From Octopus sinensis (taxonomy: Eukaryota), in NCBI RefSeq assembly GCF_006345805.1, contig NC_043000.1:96038001-96102000 (forward strand): a DNA stretch of 64,000 bases. Reading direction: 5' to 3'. The translations under genes were made by a program, and so were the position numbers. Below the pieces are notes generated by a model. The model was given only the letters and a program-made list of their open reading frames with translations. It was not told the DNA's origin and searched no databases. Below, one piece after another: positions 1-11,880 of this stretch (its first letter is position 1; every line of letters begins with the position of its first letter).

Positions 1-116
1 CGAAAGGATGAAAGGCAAAGTCAACCTCGGCGGAATTTGAACTCAGAACGTAATGGCAGACGAAATACCGCTAAGCATTTTGCCCGGCATGCTAACGTTT
101 CTGCCAGCTCACCGCC
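1..116 (-). mobile_element. tRNA-headed SINE, family B (Nin-domain-like), young copy truncated by the window edge
   Basis: Nearly identical to 35519-35748. Minus strand GGCGGTGAGCTGGCAGAAACGTTAGC...GAGTTCAAATTCCGCCGAGG (B-box-like), then CCTTTCATCCTTTCG. Confidence 0.85.
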
Positions 117-120
117 TTAA

Positions 121-275
121 CGGCTTCTTTCAGTTTCTGCCAACCAAATCCATTCACAAGGCTTTGGTTGGCCTGGGGCTATTGTACAAGATACCAGGCC
201 AAGGGGCCATGCAGTGGGACTGAACCCAAAACCATGTGGTTGGAAAGCAAACTTGTTAACTACACAGTCACACCT
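121..275 (-). mobile_element. SINE family A head (tRNA-like + CCTTGG core), diverged
   Basis: Matches the head of 25669-26069 (ggcttctttcagttt...cacaaggctttgg...gcagtgggactgaaccc...accatgtggttgg). Confidence 0.8.
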
Positions 276-439
276 ATTTAATACAAGACAATTAAAAGAA
301 TAAATAATATTGTAGTGTGAGATAGAAAGAATATATATTGTGCGTGCGAGTATGTTTTAGATAGAGAGGAAACAGGAATATGAGAAATAGAGGGAGGGAG
401 AGAGAAGAGGAGAGAGAAAGGTGCAGTAGAAGCAATAGG

Positions 440-1040
440 ATCTCTGTAAGACTAATGAGGAACCATAACTTTAGGTGCACCAAATCTACTGGAATTGTTC
501 ACAGCACAAATATGGACTGCATCAATAATTGGTTGAAAGTAGTAAATGTTGAGTTAATATAATTGACATACTAATGAGTAAATGCTTGTGATAGCATAGC
601 AGCTAAGATTTGAAAGGATGGGAGAAGTTTGGTAAAATGTTATTCTGTTCGCAACAAAGAGTTCCTCTTTCATTATGAAAGGCAGGCAATATATGAGTCA
701 TATGTAGGATGTATGATATGGCACAGTTGTGAAACAGCAGCAGCAGTAGCAAATGTTGAGGGTCTGCAGTAATTGGAGAAGAACAAATTGAATATACTCC
801 ATTAGATGAGCAATGCTAACCAACATATAACAAAGCGTAAGCACAAGGGAATTGCTAAAATGAGAGTATAACAAAGCCTTGAATGAAGCAACTGTGTCAG
901 TATGGACATGGGATGCAAGTGGATAATGTATGTTGAGAATTAGTGGTGGGAGGTACTCATGAAACAGGCAAACCATAAAAAGATCCAAAATGAAATGGAA
1001 TCATCTCATCATTCAAATCAACCTGAGAATGGTAGGTTTC
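440..1040 (+). pseudogene. Highly decayed RTE-like LINE ORF fragment
   Basis: Frameshifted peptide pieces such as KMRV..KAL and KIxKMKWNHLIxSN resemble the post-RT region of RTE LINEs. Many stops. Confidence 0.35.
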
Positions 1041-1412
1041 ACCCCCCCCCCCAACCCCCCCCCCCAAAAAAAAAAACAACAGAAAAGAAAAGAAAAAAGG
1101 ATAGTGCATGATCAAGACACATTGAAAGATGCTCTATAGTAGAGCTATAAGATCTAAACCAGCTTGGAATAGCTGGTAATGTAACAATTTTGATGATGAT
1201 GAAAGAGAATGTGTGTGAGTGAGAAAAGGAAGGAATAAAAAAATTTTTGAAGGACAAAGAGTTAATACATCTGAGTACACATGCAAGTAAGTGTGTATGT
1301 GTAGAGGGGGTGAGAGAAAGAGAGAAACTAGGGGAAGAAACAAAGAAAGTTTGTGTAAGTTTAAATAAATACCACAACCTTAATGATAAACAAATTAGTA
1401 AAAGCTTCTTAC

Positions 1413-1465
1413 CTGGTAGTCTATTCATGTTTACCCCCTGTGTTGATAGTCCAATACCCATGTAA
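1413..1465 (-). CDS. RANBP9: RanBP9/10 coding exon (53 bp, SPRY): (G)[17 protein letters not shown](G)
   Basis: Acceptor TTTTTTGTTCTTTCAG|T at 1466/1465 and donor CCAG|GTAAGA at 1413/1412. The first base T completes the GG| codon (Gly) of the 112-bp exon, giving continuous ...[23 protein letters not shown]. Confidence 0.96.
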
Positions 1466-1554
1466 CTGAAAGAACAAAAAATAACAATAAAAGTAACAAC
1501 AACAATAATAATCATTTCAAATTTTGGCACACAGCCAGCAATTTTATGGGGAGG

Positions 1555-1700
1555 GAATTAGACATTTACATTGTCCTCAGTACTGGTACTTTATTTTTAT
1601 GGACTCTGAAAGGATTAAAGGCAAAGCAAACCATTGCAGAATTTGAACTCAGAATGCAAACACCCACTGTCTGATTCTGCTAGTTCATTGCAACAAGAAT
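1555..1700 (-). mobile_element. Old SINE family B copy
   Basis: ctggtactttatt...gaaaggattaaaggcaaagcaaac...gaatttgaactcagaa aligns by eye to 35600-35700. Confidence 0.7.
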
Positions 1701-2591
1701 GATGATGATGATTTAACAGGATATAAGAAACAGGAAGTTTGGCTATTTCATACTTTTTTTGAGAGAACAAAGAAAAAGATTTAAAACTAAAATTAGAGAG
1801 GAATTAAATATATTCATGATTTTCTTAAAGACATCAAAAGTGGAACCACTTCAAATAGAAACTGAGACCAGATTGTGAAGTTTTGTTTACTAAGAACTTA
1901 CTGCTGTGTCATGGCATCAATCACAATAACAATAGGAAAAACAACAACAACAATAAAAAAAGAGGATTTTTAAATATGAGATCATTTTCATATGTTACAA
2001 AGACCAAATTATTATTGTTTTGTAATTCACCTTCAGAAGTGAAACATTTGCAAAAATTCTGAAGCTTGCCAAAAATATTTGCAAAGTTGGAATATTTTTA
2101 AGTTAACCTTTTGATAAATAATTTTACAGCAAGTTTGTTTTTCTTTCACTTCATTTTGCTTCATATTTTCTTTCTCCTCCTCACCTATTTATAACTTTCA
2201 CTTGCTTATCTTAACAGCACACATATTCATACTGACAAATTGTGTCTAAAGTATCAGTGAAATAAAAATGGAAATTTGTTTACATGAAGATTATATTTTG
2301 AATCAGAAAGAGAAGGTATTTACAATACACTAGTTCATGGTTATTGTAATAAGAAAAACATTGTACAATATAACAAGCATGTTAGTGAAAAATTGAAGCT
2401 TGAGTATAGACCATTAAATCATATAATCTGCACAGCTTATTCTCCTTCAAATTTATTTCATGTTTTTAATGGCTATATACAGTCATTACAACAAATTTAT
2501 TTTGAATTCTAGAATTCACATTACAAACAAGGAAGCCTCTACAAAAAACAGAGAAATATCCCACAAGTCACACCTAACTTCTTGTTTTTAA

Positions 2592-2848
2592 CCCTTTAGC
2601 ATTCAGATTACTTTGTCAAATGTAATGTTTGCTTATTCACATTGTCTAGAATAAATTATGCATTATCTTGTATTCACATTGTTTTGGATTTATCATGCAT
2701 CATCTTGTAGCTTCAAGATTTCGATAATGTGATCATTTATATTTAAAATGATAATGTAGCATAGGTGTAAGAGACCATATCTAGCCAGTTTGAATGAAAA
2801 GTAGGTAAAATATTTGGGATGGGTAGGGCCAATTTAAATGCTGAAGGG
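2592..2848. mobile_element. TTAA-flanked MITE (piggyBac-type termini), family P1
   Basis: TTAA|CCCTTTAGCATT ... AATGCTGAAGGG|TTAA (TTAA at 2588-2591 and 2849-2852). Related copies at 43300-43536 and 59811-60030. Confidence 0.8.
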
Positions 2849-3519
2849 TTAAAAAGAAAAAAGGAATGATACTGGATAATATGGTCTAAGACACATTATA
2901 CTGAGAAAAGGTGAATAAATGGAATGGTTATGGTTGACGTCTTCAATCATAAAGTCAGTTTGATCAGAGATGACTTTAGGTACACCATTACCACTGCTGC
3001 CACCACAAGTATCACATTTCTTTCTGGATAAAAATTTTAAATCCTAATCATATTTAATTAATTTCTTATCAATGTTTCAAATCATTACATTGTGAGAGCC
3101 AAACTAACTTTTGCATTCACCAAAATTCCAGGATAAACTTACTTGACTAATATATCTGATAATCTGCCACAGCTTTTTATTTTTTATTTTTACCAATGAA
3201 CTAATTTCTTCCAAATTAAATACAGAAAAAAAAAATCAAATGAGAACTGTTGTTCTAAATTTTACTTTTCATAAAGAAATCTTCCTACTCGCAATTCATC
3301 TGCCAAGATGGCTCTGTAAATAGCACTGCTGCAGACAAAGATACTAATTTTGCTGCCGTTTTTGTTTACAACAGACACATAAAATTCTTCCCAAACTATC
3401 CTTCCTTGTTCAGCCTGTTTCACAACTGTGTACACAGTTGCTATAGGCAATAATCTTCAGAATTTCCAATCTGAAAAGAAAGCATTCAGTGCTATGGTGT
3501 TCATCCAGTACCCAAAAAT

Positions 3520-5040
3520 TGTGTATTCCAAAGCCAGCTTCTGTATTCCACTAACTCTTCAATCCTTCTTTGACTATGGAGACCTATTCTAATCTACGGA
3601 AATACATGTCACACATAATATATTCTATTCTAAAGATCAACTTCTCTAACCCAGCCAACTACTGACCTCTTGTCATCTCTTTTAATATCTTGAAACTGAT
3701 AAAAACAACAAATCATTGAATATTTCTGTCCAAGTGATCACCAATACAGTTTCATAGAGCAAGGTCTAATAAAAATGATCTTTCCTAACATCACACATCT
3801 GTGCAAGCAATGCTGTTGCTCTTGTCCATCTTGCAGCAGAATATTCATGTTAAGTCACTCACCAGTGAACTCCACTCAACTTTCAGATTGTCAACATGCA
3901 CTGATAGAGCTTTCTATTTGGGATTTGCTTATGTCTCCTATACTATTCACTGTTACTTCCAACTGTACACCCTCCTAAACAGAAAATGCCTTGCTTCACT
4001 TTTCCTTAATCTTCCCTGTACAGCTATCATCTCCATACAACCTAAATAAGTGACACCAGGTTTGCACCGGTTTCATGAACAAAGATCTTGAAAAATATTT
4101 TTCAATTGGAATATGACACAATCTCTTTCAACAGCAGCAGGTTACAAAGCTCAGACATGTTACACATGTGAAGTAAATAAATGGTTGTGTACGACAGTCT
4201 CTACACAAGCTGCCAAAAATACCAGACCTCATGATCTATCCACATGTCTTCACATATAACTTTGCCAAAGGCACATGCCAAACATTTGGCTTATTCTTCC
4301 ATGACAGAAAAAAAAATTAGTTCTGATCAGTTGTCAACCTTGTCTGTGGCCAACATGTTCTTTACATATTTAGGATAGTGCTGCAGTTATAAGCATCAAA
4401 CATCCTGGATCATATCCAAAAATAGATATCTGATTGTAATTTTTTGGGTGTGGAAGGTTCATTAGCTTAGATACGTGGTGCTTCTTTGATCTCTGTCTAC
4501 AACAATGGCTTATGGATCCTCTAAATAAGCATGATGCACACCACTTTTACCAAAGCTTAATGCATCCTCACTCGCCTCATCATCTTTACTATGTCTTAAT
4601 TCTCAAACTCTACACTAAAGTCTTCTTCAAACCATCCTCCTCAAAATTGCATTCTACTACAACCTCAGTGTACCTATGTTTCCCTTTACAAACATCCACC
4701 TACAGAAGTTCAAACTGAACAATAGCCATATAATTTCCATGAGTCTGGAAGACTCCTGCAAAGATCAAGGGTATTGTTCCTCCAACTCCAAATAAACTAT
4801 TTAGAAATTTCTCTTTTCTTGGAGAGGAAACATTGACTACAGTTTGTGTACAGCAACAATTTAGAGATAAACACAATGACTTGTATAGATGCTCCTACAG
4901 TCTCTAAGTTCTATTTAACACAGACATAGATGGTGCACAATTGATTAACACACATATTCTTGATTAAGGAATAACTTTGTTCAGTCCAACATAATAGTTT
5001 CTGTGATTATTGGAAACTTTCTACTTCAACCCTATAATCC
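3520..5040 (+). pseudogene. Very old CR1/L2-group LINE ORF2 remnant
   Basis: Degenerate motifs in order: FQSFFDYG, then SNPANY(R>stop)P at about 3645-3670 (CR1-type NYRPIS), then a KDLEK..W..N..FN-like segment at about 4080-4135. Many frameshifts. Confidence 0.4.
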
Positions 5041-5527
5041 AGGATCCTTTAGATTTTATTTAATTATAGTAAAATTATCATAAATATGCTAGCGGGCTGA
5101 TCATTAATTAAACAATATTAAATATATTGACCTTTCCTTCCATCTAGAATGGATAGATGTTCAGGCAAAATTCTATTATATTATTCCAACTTCAGTTAAA
5201 CTAACAGTTGTCTCACTTTTATTTGTTCACTCTCATTTCATTACCACTTTTTCTATACTTTTTTTTAATACATATATTAAGAGGATCAGAGCTACTAAAC
5301 AAGCTGTGTCAAAAGAGTGTCATCTAGCAACTGAAAAGTCAGCAGTTCACATCCTGACATTAATCACTGCACTGTGTTGTTGGCAATAGTTCAACTGTAA
5401 CATTGTAAGCAATGGACACCATTGTATAAATTTAAGAGCATTTCACTAAAAATCTACTTATGAGCAAAAACTGTGATAGACAGGCAATCCTACATACACA
5501 AAATTGTCTCGGCTCTCTAGACTTTAA

Positions 5528-5739
5528 CCCTGTTCATATCAACCTGCTCAAAACCACCCCTGAATAAACTTCCTGTTTTAAAGTGATCTAAATCAAAAGC
5601 TTCCATCAAACTTTCATGTTAATTTATGTTCCAAACACCAGTTTGATAATGACAAAATTACATTATTAAATTCATTATCTTTATCAAATTAATTGAATCA
5701 AAGGCAGTGTATTTCAACAAAAATATCATAACAAAAGAG
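5528..5739. mobile_element. TTAA-flanked MITE, family P2
   Basis: TTAA|CCCTGTTCATA...ACAAAAGAG|TTAA. Internal AAACTTCCTGTTTTAAAGTGATCTAAATCAAAAGCTTCCATCAAA is shared with 16475-16586 (inverted) and 34491-34711. Confidence 0.65.
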
Positions 5740-6329
5740 TTAAACTACATACATTGCATAATTAAAAATAAATTTCTAGATCTTAAATGTCTGATGTTCA
5801 AAATAAATCCAATCAATCTTTCTTAAAAACAAAAGCAAAGAGTAAAAGAGAGTTTTTTAAAAATCCTTACTTATAACATTTCTGTAGGAAAACTGAATAA
5901 ATATATATATATTTATCATTATCAAAATCATATTTTCTAGAACCCCAACCCACCTGGGTATTAATGTGTGTTGATTTTTTTCGTGCAAGAGGTGAAGTTT
6001 TGCAGACAAGACCAGTAATGGTGATAAATTTACGAAAGGTAAATAACAATACAAATATTTGAAAAGTATTTTTGAAAGGGAAATTTATAAATGGAGGTGT
6101 ATATCATTCCAAAAGACATGATCAAAACAACCAAATAGATATTACAGGAGGTAATATCTATTAACACAGAATCTCTAAAAAGTTAAAGACCATCTTGGAG
6201 AAAAAAAATATATAAAATAAAAGAAAAAATTGGAAGATCTTTATTAAAAAAATCTCACAGAAACATTTATTCTCCTGTGACAAGACATGAATAAATGATT
6301 TGAAATAGGTATCATAAAGGTGTGTTCAT

Positions 6330-6855
6330 TTCTGAACACCACATTTACCTTTCACTACATCTGCTCTGGCACACCATCCAATCTTTACAATGGTTGCCTA
6401 CTTCTCCTCTCCTCACTTATTCCCCATCTCTTCCCTACTGTACCCTGAGTGCCCACCCTCATACATCATCATCACTGTTTTTATTTCTTTCCAGCTCCAT
6501 CCAATCTCTCTCACACTCTCTTCTAAAATGTGAGTAGTCATGTAGCTCCTCTACTGCAAGAAACTTGTTCTATTCTGGTCCTTTCTTTCACACTTTTACC
6601 CCTCATCTACTAATATAAAGTTTCTCCTTTGGGCTTTGTAGCTGCATGGTGACCTCGCTACTGCTGGAGGCACGTAAAAAAGCACACAGTACATGCAGTA
6701 AAGTGGTTGATGTGAGGAAAACATCCAATTGTAGAAACCATGCCAAATCAGACATTGGAGCATAGTGCAGTCTTTGGTTGGATATATTGGACATTATCAA
6801 ACTGTCCAACCCCTGCCAACATGGAACACAGACATTAAATGACGGTGATGATGAA
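6330..6855 (+). mobile_element. Repeat family D: pyrimidine-rich body + RTE-type 3' tail ending in (GAT)n
   Basis: AATGTGAGTAGTCATGTAGCTCCTCTAC block shared with 28190-28230 and 60660-60700. Tail GGCACGTAAAAAAGCAC...CATGGAA...ATTAAATGACGGTGATGATG. Confidence 0.7.
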
Positions 6856-7847
6856 TGTTAAATTATCAAGCTAGCATTGTTGAAAGTAAGACGTTTCTTA
6901 ACTCAAAAAGTTGAAATATAATTATTTATTTGTAAGTTTTTCCCGAAAAGAAATTTATGAATGGTGTTGTGTGGCTGTTGAACTGACACGAGTTAAAACA
7001 AGATCAAAACAGCTATACACACACACATATATCTACATATACATATGACATAATAAAATGATGTTTAACATAGAAATTCAGACGTTCAAAACTTAATGCA
7101 AAGACTTGTTTTGAAAGCAATAGATAAATAAATAGATTAAAAACAGGAGAGTTAGAGAATGGTATATGATTCACTTATTTTGAAGCATTTATCTATTCCT
7201 TTTGGCAATTCAGAGAAGCCAGTTTTTTTTTTTCTCTTTTTAACATTTTCCATTACTATTGATTTCATTTTTAATTACATCATTTTCCTCAAAGATTATA
7301 GCCTAAAGAAAACCTAGTGCATATAAAAGGCAAGGTATATTCTTCTGGTATTTCAATACCTAAAAATAGTGGTGCACACTATACACAAGTGCACATTATA
7401 CTCTAATAAATATGGTATCTAGAAACCATCAATTTGATAACATCCACAGGTTTATGTTAAAATTTGCTCAACTGATAACATTTATATCAGGTCTTAGTGA
7501 GATAGTACTAAATAATACTATCATACGATGTACTATTTTCAGAGAATGAAATACCATAAAAAGAGGGCAAACAGTCAAAGTATCAGCAACTCCTGGACAG
7601 GCTTGTGGTTGAGCCTTTGACAGTGGACCATTGACATTCAGCACCCCACCCCCCACTCAACTACATCCCTGCTTGCAGCTATCAGAGTGGAGAGGCTATC
7701 CACAAGTGCAAGCCCAAATGAGATAGAGTGGCTATTCCAGCACATCTTATCTCCAGGGCAACTCCTTCTTAATTCTGTCCACCTAAATAATACATTTTAA
7801 TTTAGTAGATCTCTCTCGTTCTTTCTCTCCAAGCGCATGCACACACA

Positions 7848-8677
7848 CAGGGTGCAGTGAATAAATTACGCAAAAATGAAAACAACACAGACATCTCATT
7901 TTAACAGATTATCAAAATTACACAAAAATATCTTGAAATACTAAAGAGTAAATCTATTCAATAAAATTGTCATTGTTTTCAACCACAGCCTCCAGACAGT
8001 TTGGAATCTCCTGCAGCTCATCTGGATGGTCTCCTTGTTTAAGTTGGTAATTGCTGCTATAATCCTTGCCTTCAGATCATCTTTGGTATTACAAGGAGTT
8101 TTGTTGGTCTCTCACCCTACATATAATAATCAAGGGGGTTGCAGTTGGGGGAGTTAGGTGGCCAGATGTTGTCCTTAATGGCTTGAGATAAAAACTGGCC
8201 CTTTCTCATCTTGTATGAGGAATATTGAATGTCTTCATGCACTACCTGCCTGATAAGAAACTCAGACACTCTCATGTCCCTGGCAATGGATCTGATTGAC
8301 TTGGAGGAATCATTGTCAATCATGGCCTGGATCTCACCAACAAATTCAGGACTTCTTTTCTTATCAGAATGATCAGACTGAGTTTTCCGAGCTGCTGTAC
8401 CTTCGTAATCATCATTAGACTCATCCAACTCTTTCTGAATCCTTTGCACTGTCCTCAGCTAAACACTCTGAAATGTTTGTATTGGAGCTTCCAGCACAAA
8501 TGCCAAGCAGTACAGCATGTCGCTTTCAAATTTCTGGCAGAGTGAATTGCGTCATGGTACTGCTTTTCTCACAGAAGGTGCCCAACTGACCCGACTATAC
8601 TGTGTAAAAAACTAACAATGCGCATGCACAAAATACAAAAAATATAAAATGGCGACAATTTTACCCATCACACCATC
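7848..8677 (-). mobile_element. Tc1/mariner DNA transposon, internally deleted (maT/DD37D-like by motif resemblance)
   Basis: Termini CAGGGTGCAGTGAATAAATT (7848) and, read inward, GATGGTGTGATGGGTAAAATT (8677), followed by TA. ATG at 8555, stop at codon 10, then frameshift. HTH region (KSIRSIARDMRVSEFLIRQVVHEDI) is fused directly to WPPNSPNCNPLDYY. C-terminus ETNKTPCNTKDDLKARI in another frame. Confidence 0.9.
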
Positions 8678-8754
8678 TATCTAGGTGCAATCCCATGGTC
8701 AGTCATGACCGAAGGGGGACTCAGCATATATATATATATATACATATATATACG

Positions 8755-8905
8755 ACACTCTTCTTTCAGTTTCCATCTACCAAATCCACACAGAAGGTTT
8801 TGGTTGGCCTGAGGCTATAGTAAAAGACACTAGCCCAAAGTGCCACACAGTGGGACTGAACCTGGAACCATGTAGTTGGGAAGCAAGCTTTTTACCACAC
8901 AGTCA
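8755..8905 (-). mobile_element. SINE family A head
   Basis: ttctttcagtttccatctaccaaatccac...agtgggactgaacctggaaccatg. Confidence 0.8.
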
Positions 8906-10169
8906 TGTGTGTTTGTATGTGCGTGTGTGTGTATAAACATTGATTATATTTCAATGTTTGCTTTATTTAGTATCTATAATATGCACTGACTTTTTTGGGG
9001 GTTCTCTTATACTATTTAGTACTGTGCAATTTTGATGAATCAGTTGTTTAACCAACTTGATAATAATATTTCTTTGAATTTGTGCTAAGTGGGTCAGTAT
9101 TCCAGTGACACATTCACCTTTGAAGTAATCTTAAGGTAGAATCAGTATGAAAATGTATGTGGCAAAGCTATACCAGTGAATTACAGATACAATCCATCCA
9201 ATAGTCTTTTGCATAGTTTCCATCTACTCAAGTTCACTCACTTGGATTAACTGAAGCCAAAAATAAGAAAATTTTTCTCTTAATTTTAAAAAACACTTGT
9301 CCTAGCTGCCTTGTAATGAAATTGAAATCTGAGATCGCATGATTGCAAAGCGAACTTCTTAACTATTTGGCCATACAAGATAGTAGTAGGAAATGTGATA
9401 AGCTAATTACAGATTAAATGGGTACAAAAACTTAAAGCACTGAAAGTTTAATTTAAAACAAAAAAAAAAAAAAAAAAAGAAAAAATCCTCTTGAAACAAA
9501 AACTTGTAATCATTTTGAAGATATGTCTATATTTTGATACCTTTTTATCATTTAGTAAAATATCTAAAATCTATAACTACTAAGACTGTTGCAGGAAATT
9601 TGATAATTCGATAATAGCCTAATTAGGGATTAAATACTTAAAACATTGAAAATTTAAGAAGAAAAAATTCCCTTGAAACAAAAAAAAAATTTCTTAACAT
9701 CATTCTTAAGATATATTTCTCTGTTGTGAAACTTCCTTATCAGTTTGTCGAATATCAATATCTAAAACAGCTTAATTTTATTAATGAAAAAACATTGGAA
9801 GTAAAACACTGTGACAGATTCTAACTGAACTTCTCTCCAACACATCTACCTTCTCTGAAGTTCAATGTCTTACAATTTTATGCCACGCTCATGTTTTTAT
9901 CAGTAAAATTTTTTTCACTAGCTGCCAACGCAAAATTGCTTCAGAGAACTAACGATGTTTATTGATTTGTTCAAGCATTCCAAAAAGTAAAAGCAAAGGG
10001 TCGAATATTTAGAGAGCCAGAAAGCAGACAAAGGAATGTGTGTGTGTTCAAATGTGTGTAAACATTTTGACAAATAATTTGCATGTTAAAGAAACTGAAA
10101 GCGCAGTAATAGTATAGGTCGGTTTCTTTCTTTGTTTCTCTCTCTCTCTCTCTCCCCCTCTCTCTTCCT

Positions 10170-10371
10170 TATAATCATTACCATCATTGTTTTAATGGCC
10201 ACCTTTCCATGCCTGCATGGGTCAGATGGAATTTACTGAAGCAGATTTTCTACAGCCCCTTCTACCACTGAGCCTTACTAATTTCCAAGCAAGGTCATAT
10301 TTCCCATGGTTAGACATGTTTACACAAAATATTGAGAATGAGTGACACTGCTGTTATACCAGTGACACTCA

Positions 10372-10423
<52 letters not shown>

Positions 10424-10808
10424 TGTGTGCATATAGATGTATATATGTGTACAGCTATTTATCCTCTCTGTGTGTGTGGTGTTAGGAAGGGCATCCAGTC
10501 ATAGAAACCAAGTCAAAACAGACTATGGGGCCTGGTGTGGCTCCTGGACTTACCAGTTCACATGATGTCAAGATAAGGAAACACAAACATGCTCACACCC
10601 TCATATAAATGCATACACACACACCATCATCATCATTTAACATCTGTTTTCCATGCTAGCATGGGTTGGATGGCTTGACAGGAACTGGTAAGTCCAGGAG
10701 CCACACCAGGCCCCATTGTCTGTTTTGACTTGGTTTCTATGGCTGGATGCCCTTCCTAACACCACACACACACAGGATAAATAGCTGTACACATATATAC
10801 ATCTATAT

Positions 10809-10847
<39 letters not shown>

Positions 10848-10910
10848 GAGCTTCTTTCAGTTTCTGCGTACCAAATCCACTTAAGATTTTAGTTGGCCTT
10901 ATGTCATCAA
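10170..10910 (-). mobile_element. Composite: SINE A2 interrupted by an RTE 3'-tail fragment (10624-10765) and by an inverted duplication (10375-10559)
   Basis: A2 tail and body 10170-10374; body resumes at 10560 (acatgatgtcaagataaggaaacac); head fragment at 10850-10910. Confidence 0.75.
10368..10850. repeat. Long near-perfect inverted repeat (arms 10368-10559 and 10682-10850; 122-bp spacer)
   Basis: About 130 bp of non-microsatellite arm differs by only 2 substitutions and a small CT/GT slippage; the arms extend through (GT)n/(AC)n to CTCATT/AATGAG. Confidence 0.95.
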
Positions 10911-11704
10911 GAATATGAAAAAAAAAGTAGAAATATTTCCTTTTCAACATTGTAACAGAAGAAATAAAAGAATTGGGAGCATATGGCAAACATCTGTAAC
11001 TAATAATACTCAAAGATATTTAGTTTGATACTTCACATTTTTACATTCAATTCTCACCAGGGTTAGGCTTTGCTTTCTTTACTCCCTTCTAAAGTCAATA
11101 AGATAACTACTGGTAATATATTGGATAGATCCCTTCCTTCAAAGAATTAGGTTTGCTAAGGAGTGGTATGCAAGAAAACAAAAAGGTATATTTTCTGCAT
11201 ACAAGCAATTCCAAATAAAATTCTAGAGAACAAAACATTTTCTTTTGCTACTTTAAAGGATTTCTATTTATTCTAAACTGACTGACATACATGGAAAATG
11301 GAAGGAGCAGAAATAGAACATTTCATTTATTTTACTGTAGTTACTTTGTCATGAACAATATAAACTTGAAAATACATATATGATCATTTATCAATAATAA
11401 TTAATAGAAAAGAAATTGTTGTTGCTTTTGTTGTTGTTGTCATTTAGCCCTAGTTCAGATCTGCTGAAGCAGACTTTTCATGAATATTTCAGATATGACT
11501 GTTTTATCACATTTTTTTTTCCATATCCCATACATAACTAAAATTATGTTAAGTAATGGGCATGCAATTTAATGGAAATCTGGTTGCTACTTCTAGCATG
11601 CTGAGAAGGTGCCTAAAGGATTTCTCATTGACTCCATTAAAAAGATTTATCTGTGTAAGTTTAATCCAAGGGAAAAATAAATCACAATGATTACAAAAGT
11701 CTCA

Positions 11705-11880
11705 TATGGAGGTGCATGGTCTAGTGGTTAGGGTTTTGGACTCATGGTAAGATTGTTTTTAACTCCTGGACTAGGCAATGTGTTGTGTAAAAATGAGAAA
11801 TTCTGCAATGAACCAAGCATCCCATCAGGGGAGAAATATATACACCCGAGAAACTGGGAATATGGCCCTATGCTCCTTAT
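11705..11880 (+). mobile_element. SINE family C (different tRNA head), degenerate
   Basis: GGAGGTGCATGGTCTAGTGGTTAGGGTTTTGGACTCATG head. Related copies at 13880-14095 (-) and 61830-62142 (-). Confidence 0.6.

Noticed and set aside
1039-1530. 163-aa ORF as a standalone gene
   Set aside because: Only [18 protein letters not shown] (1465-1413) is RanBP9-like and bounded by splice sites; the rest is translated low-complexity intron.
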